Positions 47,258 through 57,233 of a DNA stretch of 64,000 bases are shown here, in pieces; position 1 is the stretch's first letter, and each line of letters opens with the position of its first letter. A program made the translations under genes and the position numbers. Below the pieces are notes generated by a model. The model saw nothing but the letters and a program-made list of their open reading frames with translations, did no database searches and was not told the origin of the DNA. Source of the stretch: Ostreococcus lucimarinus (Eukaryota); assembly GCA_000092065.1 (NCBI GenBank), contig CP000595.1; one strand, written 5' to 3'.

Positions 47258-48580
47258 CTAAATACCATCTAAATCGTCGAAGATGTCGAATTCTTCCTTT
47301 TCCTCGTCGCGTTCGCGAGGATCGAGTCGACGCTCGCGGACGAAGAACGCGGAGGCGAATCGACCTTTGCGGTAGCGTCGAGCGACGACGCGACGCTCGG
47401 TATCGTCTAACATCGCGCTCGGTGGGCCTTGGTCGTAGCGACCGCACTCGACGACGAGTTGGTCGTCGACGGATTCGACGAGGACCCAAATGTGGTTGGG
47501 AAGGAACACCAACGGCGAGTTCCCGCCGAGGACGTACTCACCGCCCATGGCCCAGCTCGATGGGGACTTGACCGCCCACCACGGAACCACAAGCATGCCC
47601 TCGGGATCACGCGCCGCCGCCTCGATTTCCTCTTTCGCTCGTCGCTCCTCTGCTTCCCTCTCCGCCTCCGCGGCGCGCGCGAGCGCTGGATCGTTTGGTT
47701 TTTGTTCCGCAAGCTTTTGCGCTGGACCGACGTCTATCGGCGAAGACGTCGACGCATCCTCACCACTTGTTTCGCGCTCTTCGGGTACATCTGCTAGCGC
47801 TTCGAGCGCTATGAATGTCACCCCGCTCGTCGCTCGCCATTCGCCGACGCTCACGGCGTCTTCGGTTAAAATATCCCCCGTCGCCGGACTCGCCGCCCGC
47901 GTCTCGCATTCGCTCGCCGTCTCGTGAGTGATTTCGATTCCACACAACTCCCAGTTCCGCCTCTGTCCCGGTGCCGCGCGCACGCGAAGCGAGATCCGCC
48001 GCCGCTCTCTCGGCGCCTCCTCTTCGGCAAACGCAAACGCGAACCCAACCTCCGCGCCCTCGACGCACTCTGGAAGCGTCTTCGGCCCATCGCAATAACA
48101 ACCTTGCACGATGAACATTTTAGCCATCTGTCCGCCCGCGCACACGTCGTGCGATTCCGCGAACGCAACGTCATTCTTCCCGTATTCGCACCCCGCTTCC
48201 GGGTACAACTTCTTCGTCTCCAATCGCAACCCATCGCCATCGCTCGTCTTGCCTCCGCTCGTCACGATTTGCCACTCCATGACGTCCACACCGTACTCCT
48301 TGAACGCATCGGGGACGTAATTACTCGGCAGCGGCACCGCGGCACCCGTGCGCGGATCGAACGTCGCGCTCGCTCCGGCGTATTCGCCCGCGTGCGCGGC
48401 GACGAAGTCATCCCAGACGTCCGAGGGCGGCCAATCGCGATTGGCTTCGAGCGCTCTCGACGCGACGTGCGCGCAATGACGCGCGTGAATTTTGAGTCGC
48501 GCCGAGGTCGACGTCGAGCGCGCGCACGCGCCGTGGCGATGCGTTTTCTGTACGCTCCAAAAAGTACACTGGGACGTCAT
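47258..48580 (-). CDS. Conserved hypothetical protein (possibly DUF3598-like), start uncertain
   Basis: C-terminal ...VVPWWAVKSPSSWAMGGEYVLGGNSPLVFLPNHIWVLVESVDDQLVVECGRYDQG... The first plausible ATG (MTSQCTFW) is at 48580. The ORF-track N-terminal 190 aa is R-rich and overlaps the divergent GT1 gene, so it is probably spurious. Confidence 0.35.
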   Translation of the reverse strand: MTSQCTFWSVQKTHRHGACARSTSTSARLKIHARHCAHVASRALEANRDWPPSDVWDDFVAAHAGEYAGASATFDPRTGAAVPLPSNYVPDAFKEYGVDVMEWQIVTSGGKTSDGDGLRLETKKLYPEAGCEYGKNDVAFAESHDVCAGGQMAKMFIVQGCYCDGPKTLPECVEGAEVGFAFAFAEEEAPRERRRISLRVRAAPGQRRNWELCGIEITHETASECETRAASPATGDILTEDAVSVGEWRATSGVTFIALEALADVPEERETSGEDASTSSPIDVGPAQKLAEQKPNDPALARAAEAEREAEERRAKEEIEAAARDPEGMLVVPWWAVKSPSSWAMGGEYVLGGNSPLVFLPNHIWVLVESVDDQLVVECGRYDQGPPSAMLDDTERRVVARRYRKGRFASAFFVRERRLDPRERDEEKEEFDIFDDLDGI

Positions 48581-48811
48581 TGCGCGCCTCTCGCGTCGTC
48601 GATGCGACGCAAAAGACGCCGAAAGCGCGCGTGTCGAATGACACACCGCGCGTTCCGTCAACAAAACTCGCTTGCGTCGTAAACGTCGCGTTTTCGCGTC
48701 GACGCGGGGTGAAATGGCGAACACATTGGGACAGCAGGTTGTTAACATTTGGCGAGTCAAAACTTGTGACGGTCGAACTCGTCGCACATCGAGGCGGGCG
48801 ACGACGCGAGA

Positions 48812-50116
48812 ATGCGCGCGCGGCGTAAACGGTTCCAAGTAATTGTCAGCGCGTGTTACGGCTCGCGCGGGGACGTGATGCCGTGTTTGACGATCGCCGC
48901 CGCGTTGGCGCGGCGGCTCGAAGGCCAAGCAACGGTGGTCGCCATGGCGAATCCAGTGTTTGAGAATGCCGTCGCGGCGAACGTGCGGTTCATCGGTGTG
49001 GGGAGTCGAGATGAATACGAGTGCGTGCAACGCGACCACGCTTCTAGGCGAGACGCGCGCGTGGTGGTGCGGTATTGGTTGGATCATTTGGAGACGCACG
49101 CGGAGCGTATTCTTGAGGCGCGCGCAGACGCTGGAAGGACGATTGTGTTGGCTCACACGCTCGATTTGGCGGTGCGGTGCGTGGACGAGCGCGCTAACGA
49201 CGAATGTTTAACGTGTTACTCCCTGGTGCTCTCGCCCGCGCTGTTGAGAACGCCAAATCAAACGATTCCGCCGTTCGCGGGTGAGCGCCTTCGGTGTTTC
49301 GGGCGATCGCGTTGGGCGATGCGCGCAGCGGATTGCCTAGTCGATATCGCGTTCGCACCGCAGCTCAACGCGTTTCGCGCTTCGCTCGGGTCGACAAAAC
49401 CAGTCAAAAGAGTGTTTGACGAGTGGTTTTTATGTAAAGCCGGCGTGTTCGCGATGTATCCCGAATATTTCGAGCGAGCCGCAGACGCCGGCTCGAGAAA
49501 AGTATTCCAAATAGACTTTCCCCAAGAAGGCGGCGACGTGAACGTGACTGGCTTGAATGCGATTCGCGTCGCTCGAGAGTTCATCGATCGCGATGACGCG
49601 CCGACCGTCGTTTTCGTATCAGCCAGTGGAAATCCACCCTTTGCGTCGCAATTTTTCGCCACCGCCGTGAAGGCGATGCGACGGCTGGCGGGCGCGAAAG
49701 CCATCTTGCTGACGCGTCATCGCGATCGGATCGGCGAGTTACCCGAAAACGCGATCCACATCGACTTTCTCCCTTTGCACCTCTGTCGCGACGCTGGCTT
49801 GAAAATCGCTGCGCTCGTTCATCACGGGACCATCGGGTGCTCGGCGACGGCGTTGCGAAGCGCATGGCCGCAAGTCGTCGTTCCAGCGGCGTTCGACCAG
49901 CCGTACAACGCCGCGCTCCTCGAAGCGATGGGTGCGGCGCAAATTATCCACATGACACGTCTCACGCGCACGCGGCTTGTGAAAGCGCTTAAAATTGTGT
50001 TCAAGGAAGAGGCCCGCGCGCCGGAAACCGCGCCGCGACGTCGAGCGAACGACGCGTCGTCACCTCAAGCGCGCGTCGCGGAAATCATCGCTAAGGAATT
50101 ATTGCAATACGGCTAA
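48812..50116 (+). CDS. Family-1 UDP-glycosyltransferase (sterol/macrolide GT-like)
   Basis: N-terminal KRFQVIVSACYGSRGDVMP and C-terminal HHGTIGCSATALRSAWPQVVVPAAFDQPYNAALLEAMGAA match GT1 signatures (HHGGAGT...PQ...DQ). ATG at 48812. Confidence 0.75.
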   Translation: MRARRKRFQVIVSACYGSRGDVMPCLTIAAALARRLEGQATVVAMANPVFENAVAANVRFIGVGSRDEYECVQRDHASRRDARVVVRYWLDHLETHAERILEARADAGRTIVLAHTLDLAVRCVDERANDECLTCYSLVLSPALLRTPNQTIPPFAGERLRCFGRSRWAMRAADCLVDIAFAPQLNAFRASLGSTKPVKRVFDEWFLCKAGVFAMYPEYFERAADAGSRKVFQIDFPQEGGDVNVTGLNAIRVAREFIDRDDAPTVVFVSASGNPPFASQFFATAVKAMRRLAGAKAILLTRHRDRIGELPENAIHIDFLPLHLCRDAGLKIAALVHHGTIGCSATALRSAWPQVVVPAAFDQPYNAALLEAMGAAQIIHMTRLTRTRLVKALKIVFKEEARAPETAPRRRANDASSPQARVAEIIAKELLQYG

Positions 50117-50124
50117 ATATACAT

Positions 50125-51237
50125 CTACTCTACGATCACGTCGCTGTCGCTGTCGTGCATATCGTCGTCGCTATCATCGCTCACGTCGCTCACGTCCCTG
50201 GCCCACGATTGCACTCTCGCGCGTTCGACTTCTCTTCTCTCCGCCGACCGCAAGCGTCGGATCTTTTCAGTCGACGTCACGACTTCGCCGTCTCGCTCGC
50301 AATCACGCGAGGCGTGGACTCGAGGCGTCGTCGTTTCCGTCGCGGGTTCTCTCGCCGCGCCGGCGCCGATCGCCGCGCCCCAGGTGAGACGTTTTCCGCA
50401 CCGCGCGCACGGCCCGTGGTCCGGGATCAATCGACTCGACCACGACAACGCCTCGTCCCCGGCGCGATCGAAAAAATGACGCGCCAAGCACACCGGATGA
50501 AAACGCGCGCCGCACGTCGCGCACCCGACGGCGCGATCGCTTCGAATCGCCTTCCCGCACGCGTCCACGCCGCACTTCAGCGCTTCCCCGCCCGGCCGAG
50601 ACGCCGACGCCGACGCGCTCGGCGTCCCACTCACACCGACGTCCATCACCCGCGCTCGCATCGCATCATCCATCTCCTCATCCATCTCCTCCTCCTCCGC
50701 GTTCGCGCTCGCCGCGACGATCGCATCCATCTCCCGCGTCGTCGTTCGTCTCCGCTCCACGTGCGCCGGAATCGCGTCCGCGTACTTTTCAATCAGCCTC
50801 TCCCCGACCTCGCTCATGCAGTGCACCGTCAGCGGCATGTGTTTCCACGGCGCCGTGTTCAACATCCCACACATCACCATCGCCTTCTTCCCCGGCGCGC
50901 TCGTTTTATCGCTCACTCCGCGCTCCCTCGCCAACGTTCGCGTCGCTCGACAGCTCGCCGGTCGCTGCCACGCCCACTCAAACTGCAGCGCCTGCACCTT
51001 GTCGCTGAATCCCGAGACGACGAGCACCATGTCGCACGGTCGCAGTCGCATCGTGTACTTGGCCCCGTTCGCGATCGCGCCGTTGTGCTGCGCGAGTCGT
51101 CGCGGCGGGTTCGTCGTGAATCCGACGTACGACTTTCCCTTCTTGCTCGGATCGAGGCTCACGACGAGGTAACACGCGTAGAGCGCGCGCGCGGGCGCGC
51201 GGCGCGTCGGCGCGTCGCGCGTCGGGGGCGCGCGCAT
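50125..51237 (-). CDS. SLX1: Structure-specific endonuclease subunit SLX1 (GIY-YIG nuclease plus C-terminal zinc finger)
   Basis: LYACYLVVSLDPSKKGKSYVGFTTNPPRRLAQHNG...FEWAWQRP is a GIY-YIG domain. The C-terminus is the Cys-rich CGVDACGKAIRSDRAVGCATCGARFHPVCLARHF. ATG at 51237. Confidence 0.8.
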   Translation of the reverse strand: MRAPPTRDAPTRRAPARALYACYLVVSLDPSKKGKSYVGFTTNPPRRLAQHNGAIANGAKYTMRLRPCDMVLVVSGFSDKVQALQFEWAWQRPASCRATRTLARERGVSDKTSAPGKKAMVMCGMLNTAPWKHMPLTVHCMSEVGERLIEKYADAIPAHVERRRTTTREMDAIVAASANAEEEEMDEEMDDAMRARVMDVGVSGTPSASASASRPGGEALKCGVDACGKAIRSDRAVGCATCGARFHPVCLARHFFDRAGDEALSWSSRLIPDHGPCARCGKRLTWGAAIGAGAAREPATETTTPRVHASRDCERDGEVVTSTEKIRRLRSAERREVERARVQSWARDVSDVSDDSDDDMHDSDSDVIVE

Positions 51238-51526
51238 CGCGCGGCGCGCGCGACGGCGACGGCGACGCGCGATCGATTGTGACGGTTGGTGTCTGCGGTT
51301 CTTTTTTTCGCCGTGTGTAGTGGATTAATGATGGTATCCAGAATATAGGCCGTTTCGAGGAGTGTGTGCGGAAGGACACCGGACGCTCTTAATTTTTTAA
51401 GAGGTCGGCGTTGTTCACTTAAGCCTACTGCGTCGCGTTCGTCGCCTCGCGAAGGATGAATGATGAATGATGAATGTGGCGTTACAAGGCGCGGCGATGG
51501 CGAATAAAGGTGACGGCGGCGCGCTG

Positions 51527-54500
51527 CTACGCGATGGCGTCGTCGTCGTCGCGCGCGTTCAAGGCTTGCGCGATGAGACGCGCGTTTTCGGCGTTGTGAA
51601 TGGCGAGCGAACCGGTCGCCGGCGCGGCGCTCGGCGGGCGGCCGACGAATCGAACGCGTCTGTTTTCTTCGTCGACAGACGCGCGGACGCGGGTGGCGCG
51701 CTCGGTTGTGGCGATGCGCGGAGCGACGAAAGACCAGTAACCCATGTTTTTCGGCTCCTCTTGCGCCCAGACGAGATGGGCGTTGGGATAGCGCTGTAAT
51801 CGACGCGCCAGGGCGTCGTGAGGAAACGGGAACAGCTGCTCCAATCGAATGATGGCGACGTCGTCGATCTTCTTCGCCGCGCGTTGCCTGGCGAGCGAGT
51901 AATAAATCTTGCCCGTGCACAAAATCACGCGTTTGATCTCGCCGTTCGGTTTGAGCGGAATGTTTTCGTGACGCGTGACGTCGTCTCCCGCGTCGCCGTC
52001 GGCGATGACGCGCCGGAACGAAGACTTCGGCGCAAAGTCCATGAGCTTGGACGCGCAGTGCTTGTGATGCAGAAGCGTTTTGGGCGTGAGCACGACAAGT
52101 GGTTTTGAGTGCGGAGAGCTTATTTGCCGCCGAAGCGCGTGGAAGTATTGCGCCGGCGTCGATGGCTGCACCATCACGAAGTTGGCCTGCGCCATGACAG
52201 AGGCTCGCGCGCGGCGGCGCATGTAACGAATCCAGTCTCGCCTGTGCACCTTGCCGCTCGACCCGAAATACGCTTCGACGTCGTCCCACATCCCACTCTC
52301 TGCGGCATCAGCGCCGTTCGCATCTTGGCCTTGGCCGAACGTGTCCATCTTAGATTTACTCTCGGCGTCGTTTCGCGTCAAGATGGAGCGAATGTTTTCC
52401 AATTCCACGAAATCATTCTTGTCCGGCCCGAGCGCGTCGAATGTGCGTTGGGCGAACGCGAGATCGGCCGCGGCGTTCCCAGGGAGCGAGTCGCAGTCGT
52501 CGTTCGCCGCCGCGAGCCAACGTTCGGGGCGTGCTGTGGAGTGATCCGGGCCTTGACCCTCATACCCGTGCGGTAAGAGTAAAACGATGTCGCTTCGCTG
52601 ACCCCAACGTTCTTCGCCCGAGCAAATATATTGGTCGATGATGACCTGCGCGTTGTTTGCGAAGTCGCCAAACTGTGCTTCCCAAAGCACGAGCGCTTCT
52701 TTACCCATCTCGGATGCGAAACCGTACTCGAATCCCAACACCGCGTGTTCGCTCAGTGGGGAATTCGCAGCGGTGAATTTGTCTTGCGGACCCATGTTCA
52801 TATTGTCCAGCGGCACGTGTTCATGCGACGTGCGATTGCAATACACCGCGGCGTGACGTTGATTGAAGGTTCCTCGAACGCAATCTTGCCCACTCAGTCG
52901 AACGTGCGCGTGGGAGCCGATCGGGGGATCTTCGCCTTCGCCCGTCCACCACGGGACGTGATTTTCCCATCGCTTTTCGCATGGGTGCATGAGAAGCGAC
53001 GCAAAAGCGAGCGCTTCGGCGGTCGCCCAATCGATTTGCCCTGCACCTACCTGGACATCGGGCTCCATGGCGCGTCGACGCGCTTCGAACATCGCCTTGA
53101 CGTGTGGATGAAGCATAAAATCAGTGTCCTCGGGAGGCGTAGTGATGGAGTGGCAAATCTTCTGCAGCGCATCAATCGGCATCCCGGTGCCCGCCGCCGT
53201 CACGCGAGCTTCGCGACCGGATACGCCTGTAGAGACCGCTCGCGTCGACGCGAGCCACGATTCGGTAGTTCGAATGAAGTCTTGGTGCGTGGCACCTTCC
53301 GCGGCGAACTCCTTCTCCATCCCTCGACGCAAGTCGTCGAGCTCATCCTTGCTCAGGATGCCCTCCGCCACGCACGCGTTGGCGTAATTCTCCGCCACTC
53401 TCGGGGTGGCTTCAATTCTTCGAGACATGAGCGGAAGTGTGATGGATGGATCATCGAGCTCGTTGTGACCGAATCGACGGTAGCACACGTAGTTGACGAC
53501 GACGTCGGATTGAAATTCAGCTCGATAGTCCGCAGCCAAGCGCATGGCGGAGACGACGGCGTCAGGGTCGTCGCCGTTGACGTGAATGATCGGCGCGCCG
53601 TAGGCTTTCGCGACGTCACTCGGGTGTGGACTCGAGCGCGCGCGTCGAGGCACAGTGGTGAAACCGATCTGGTTGTTCACCACCACGTGCACCGTGCCCC
53701 CGGTGGTGTAATCGGGCAAGTCTTGCAACTGCATCACCTCGCCGTTTTGTCCGAGCCCACAAAATGACGCGTCGCCGTGCAACAGCAAGGGCAGAACGTG
53801 CGCCCGCGCGCTCGCACCTTCGGTTTGTGAATCACGCTTGAACTGTTTCGCGCGAACCACGCCGCTGACGACGGCGTTGACCATTTCCAAATGACTCGGA
53901 TTCGGCACCAGAGTCAGCGCCACTTGCTTTGCTCCTCGCTCGACGTCGACGTCCACAACGGCTCGCGCGCCGAGATGGTATCGAACGTCTCCGACTAGAA
54001 ATGATGACCTATCGTCTACGATTTCCGCGCATATCGCTCCCAAGGGTTTGCCGAACACGTTGTGTAACACGTTCAAACGCCCCCGATGCGCCATGCCTAG
54101 AACGACGCACCCCACGTCTCGCTCCGCGGAACGCTCGACGAACGCTTGTAAACCCGGCACCAAGCTCTCCGCGCCCTCCAACCCGAATCGCTTCGCCGAA
54201 GGGAACTTTTCCGCGAGAAACACCTCCAATCGATCCGCCGTCAACAACCGCTCGAGCGTTCGTCTTCGCTCCGTCGCCGAAGCTTCTCGAGGGCCGCACT
54301 CGACTTGTTCCCTCAACCATCGCTTTCTCTCCTTGCTCGTCAAATGATTACACTCCACGCTCATCGTGCCGCAATACACATCTCTCAACCTTTCGAATAA
54401 CTCATCGACGCGCCACGCCGTCTTCGCGCGCGCGCCGCTCGGATCCAGCGTCGCCGCGTCCTCGCCCAGATGAAACCTCTTCTCCGGCGCGCGACGCGCG

Positions 54501-54943
54501 CTCTCGCTCAGCCCCAAATACTCCCCCAAGCTCACCTTCGTCTTGCAGTCCTCCTTATAAAAGTGATCCGGGTACCCTTGCAACAGCGCGTGAATGTCTC
54601 GCGCGTCTTTCGGCGTCGTGGCCTCCATCGTCTCGTACCCTCGCACGATCGGCCCGAGCGAGCGCCCCAGCGGGTCCAACGCCGCCGTCAGGTGTCCCCG
54701 CGCTCGCACCGCCCGCGTGAGCTCCGTCAGCGCCAGCGCGTCCGTGACGTCGTCGAACCGATCGCCGTCGTCGTTCGCGCCCGTCGACGCCGTCGTCGAC
54801 GCCGTCGTGGACGACGCGCGACGCGCAATCACCGTCAACGTCGGCGGATTACCGTTACCGCGCGCACCCCTCGCGCCGGCGTCCGCGGCGCGCGCGCGGT
54901 CGAGCGCGCGCGCGAGCGCGCTCGTGGCTCTTCGCGTCGACAT
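51527..54943 (-). CDS. 2-oxoglutarate dehydrogenase E1 component
   Basis: YCGTMSVECNHL..., the TPP-binding GMAHRGRLNVLHNVFGKP, and the C-terminal WAQEEPKNMGYWSFVAPRI. The probable ATG (MSTRRATSALARAL presequence) is at 54943; the ORF-track extension to 55525 runs through a (CTACG)4 repeat and is spurious. Confidence 0.9.
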   Translation of the reverse strand: MSTRRATSALARALDRARAADAGARGARGNGNPPTLTVIARRASSTTASTTASTGANDDGDRFDDVTDALALTELTRAVRARGHLTAALDPLGRSLGPIVRGYETMEATTPKDARDIHALLQGYPDHFYKEDCKTKVSLGEYLGLSESARRAPEKRFHLGEDAATLDPSGARAKTAWRVDELFERLRDVYCGTMSVECNHLTSKERKRWLREQVECGPREASATERRRTLERLLTADRLEVFLAEKFPSAKRFGLEGAESLVPGLQAFVERSAERDVGCVVLGMAHRGRLNVLHNVFGKPLGAICAEIVDDRSSFLVGDVRYHLGARAVVDVDVERGAKQVALTLVPNPSHLEMVNAVVSGVVRAKQFKRDSQTEGASARAHVLPLLLHGDASFCGLGQNGEVMQLQDLPDYTTGGTVHVVVNNQIGFTTVPRRARSSPHPSDVAKAYGAPIIHVNGDDPDAVVSAMRLAADYRAEFQSDVVVNYVCYRRFGHNELDDPSITLPLMSRRIEATPRVAENYANACVAEGILSKDELDDLRRGMEKEFAAEGATHQDFIRTTESWLASTRAVSTGVSGREARVTAAGTGMPIDALQKICHSITTPPEDTDFMLHPHVKAMFEARRRAMEPDVQVGAGQIDWATAEALAFASLLMHPCEKRWENHVPWWTGEGEDPPIGSHAHVRLSGQDCVRGTFNQRHAAVYCNRTSHEHVPLDNMNMGPQDKFTAANSPLSEHAVLGFEYGFASEMGKEALVLWEAQFGDFANNAQVIIDQYICSGEERWGQRSDIVLLLPHGYEGQGPDHSTARPERWLAAANDDCDSLPGNAAADLAFAQRTFDALGPDKNDFVELENIRSILTRNDAESKSKMDTFGQGQDANGADAAESGMWDDVEAYFGSSGKVHRRDWIRYMRRRARASVMAQANFVMVQPSTPAQYFHALRRQISSPHSKPLVVLTPKTLLHHKHCASKLMDFAPKSSFRRVIADGDAGDDVTRHENIPLKPNGEIKRVILCTGKIYYSLARQRAAKKIDDVAIIRLEQLFPFPHDALARRLQRYPNAHLVWAQEEPKNMGYWSFVAPRIATTERATRVRASVDEENRRVRFVGRPPSAAPATGSLAIHNAENARLIAQALNARDDDDAIA

Positions 54944-55008
54944 GCGCGCGGCGCTCGCGGCGACGAGGACGCGAGCGACGCGTCGTCGTGTGCGGATGCG
55001 ATTCGTTC

Positions 55009-55382
55009 GTGAATCCTCAGTCGACGACGCGATGTCGGACGCGCGACCGCCGCGCGCGCCGCGCGAGGACGCGCGCGCGGCGACGCCGGAGCACGTCGTC
55101 GTCGACGGCGCGCAGTGCGAGGCCGTGATCGCGCGATTGGCGCACGAACCGTCGCTGGGACACGCGTACGTGGTGTCGCACGCGAAATCCCGCGCGGCGT
55201 TCTTCGCGCGCGAGGCGCGCGCGATGGACGCGCACGCGTCGGGGACGTGCGCGAGGATGGCGAGCGACGCGACGAGCGCGATGGAGACGATCGGGGCGGT
55301 GGCGAGGGTGGATTTTGATGGGGTGATGGAGAAGATGGATCGGTGCGCGGCGGCGTTGGAGGCGTTGGCGAAGCCGTCGTAG
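55009..55382 (+). CDS. Possible small protein-coding gene (124 aa) between OGDH and the ankyrin gene
   Basis: ATG-initiated ORF MSDARPPRAPREDARAATPEHVVVDGAQCEAVIARLAHEPSLGHAYVVSH..., with almost every third codon position G/C. This is the genome's coding signature but is weak evidence in 70 % GC DNA. I recognise no homology. Confidence 0.25.
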
Positions 55383-55440
55383 ATAGATTCGTTGCGTAGC
55401 GTAGCGTAGCGTAGATTATCGTTGATTTCGTCATTGTCTT

Positions 55441-56247
55441 TCATTTCGTGGCGTACAGCGCGATCATTCTCGAGAATCGCGCGCGCGATGTCATCGGTTT
55501 GAGGTCGGCGTCGAACAGAATCCATCGTATCACGTCTTCTGGCAAGTCAAGTTCGGGCCAAGCGCGAAGGAAGTGATTCACCGCAGGCGTGAGCTCGCGC
55601 AGCGACACGTACCCGTCACGTTGACGCGACAATGCGATTTGGACAATCAAATCTGTCGTACAGGCGCATATTCGTTGCCAACCGACGACGTATCGCGCCG
55701 ATTCCGGCGCGCTGTGATCTTGCGCGTACTTCAAACACCCCAAACGTCCAGTATAGGCGGCACATGCGCACGTCTCCTCGTTCCAAGGACACCCGTGCTC
55801 GTGCGCGTACTTCAAACACTCCAAATGTCCATGCATGGCGGCAAATGAGCACGTCCACTCGTCCCAAGGACACCCGTGCTCGTGCGCGTACTTCAAACAC
55901 TCCAAATGTCCACTATAGGCGGCACACCGGCACGTCCCCTCGTCCCAAGGACACCCGTGCTCGTGCGCGTACTTCAAACACTCCAACTCTCCATACTTGG
56001 CGGCAAACTGGCACGTGTACGCGTCCCACTCGTGCCCGCACTCGCGCGCCATCCGCACGAGTTCCAAGTCTCCCAGAAACGCCGCGCACGCCGTCACGCA
56101 CGCCCCGTGGCCTCCCCCCAGCGACTCGTCCTCGAGCGCGCGCAGCGCGTCGTCTATCGCACGCGCCGTGAACCAACCGACGCTCCCTCTCGCCGACAGC
56201 AATCGCGGTCGCAACCGCCGTCGCAACCGTCGCCTCGCGCGCGCCAT
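55441..56247 (-). CDS. Ankyrin-repeat protein with four near-identical tandem repeats
   Basis: The 33-aa unit HLECLKYAHEHGCPW[DN]E.TC..AA...G is repeated four times (DNA units of about 99 bp at 55690-56060). The probable ATG is at 56247; the ORF-track N-terminus overlaps RPL23 exon 1 and intron 1. Confidence 0.65.
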   Translation of the reverse strand: MARARRRLRRRLRPRLLSARGSVGWFTARAIDDALRALEDESLGGGHGACVTACAAFLGDLELVRMARECGHEWDAYTCQFAAKYGELECLKYAHEHGCPWDEGTCRCAAYSGHLECLKYAHEHGCPWDEWTCSFAAMHGHLECLKYAHEHGCPWNEETCACAAYTGRLGCLKYAQDHSAPESARYVVGWQRICACTTDLIVQIALSRQRDGYVSLRELTPAVNHFLRAWPELDLPEDVIRWILFDADLKPMTSRARFSRMIALYATK

Positions 56248-56382
56248 CCTGTCGATATCGACCGCCTCGACGGCGACCTCAACCGTCGCGATCGATCGAC
56301 CGATCGGTCCGTGTTGTAACCCTCGATCGCGACACCCGCGCGCGCGTCGGCGTCCGCCTTTCCGCGCCGCGACGCACGCGCA

Positions 56383-56999
56383 CGATGTCCAAGAGAGGTG
56401 CGCCGACGACGACGCGACGCGCGCGCGCGCGAACGCCATCGATCGATCGATCGACCCGCGCGACGCGCGACGCCGCGCGACGCGCGCGCTCGAACATCGA
56501 CGCGCGCGCGATCGCGCTAGGGCTTTGACGCGCGCGACGCGAACGATGGACGACTGACGCGATGGACGCGCGCTTCGACGACGCGACAGGCGGCGGTAAT
56601 GCCTCCGGCACGAAATACAAAATGTCCTACGGCGTCCCCGTCGGCGCGGTGGTGAACTGCGCGGACAACACCGGGGCGAAGAACTTGTATTTGATCGCCG
56701 TGAAGCGATGGGGCTCGCGACAAAACCGCTTGCCGGCGGCGAACCCCGGTTCGATGGTCATGGCGACGGTGAAGAAGGGGAAGCCGGATTTGCGTAAAAA
56801 GGTTTTCCCGGCCATCATCGTGCGTCAGCGCAAGCCGATTCGACGCAAGGAAGGGTTGATCATTTACTTTGAGGACAACGCGGGGGTGATTTGCAACCCG
56901 AAGGGCGAGATGAAGGGGAGCGCCATCGCGGGGCCGGTGGCGAAGGAGTGCGCCGATCTCTGGCCGCGTGTGGCCAGCGCGGCGAGCTCTATCATCTAG
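56383..56999 (+). CDS. RPL23: 60S ribosomal protein L23 (uL14), two exons: join(56383..56395, 56590..56999)
   Basis: Exon 1 is ATGTCCAAGAGAG followed by a GTGCGC donor. A 194-nt intron has an ACTGAC branch motif. The product [43 protein letters not shown]... is 140 aa, the same length as eukaryotic L23. Confidence 0.9.
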
Positions 57000-57233
57000 A
57001 TCTCGACGCGATCGAGATCGAGAGAGAATCGCGCGGTTTGAAGTAGAAGTAGACTCGCCCGGTTTCATTCAATAGCCAAGGAGGTTTTGCCCAAACTTTC
57101 GCGGCGCGCGCGCGCGGTTTGTGTGTTTGCGTTCGTCGTCACGTCGCGGCGCGCGAATCGCGATGCGCGCCTCGATCGCGCGCGCGTGACGCTCGCGTCT
57201 ACATCGCAGGACTCGCTCGCGCGAGCGCGCGGC

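Noticed and set aside
54944-55525. 194-aa N-terminal extension of the OGDH ORF
   Set aside because: It runs through a (CTACG)4 repeat and intergenic DNA. OGDH homology and a mitochondrial-presequence-like MSTRRATS start at 54943.
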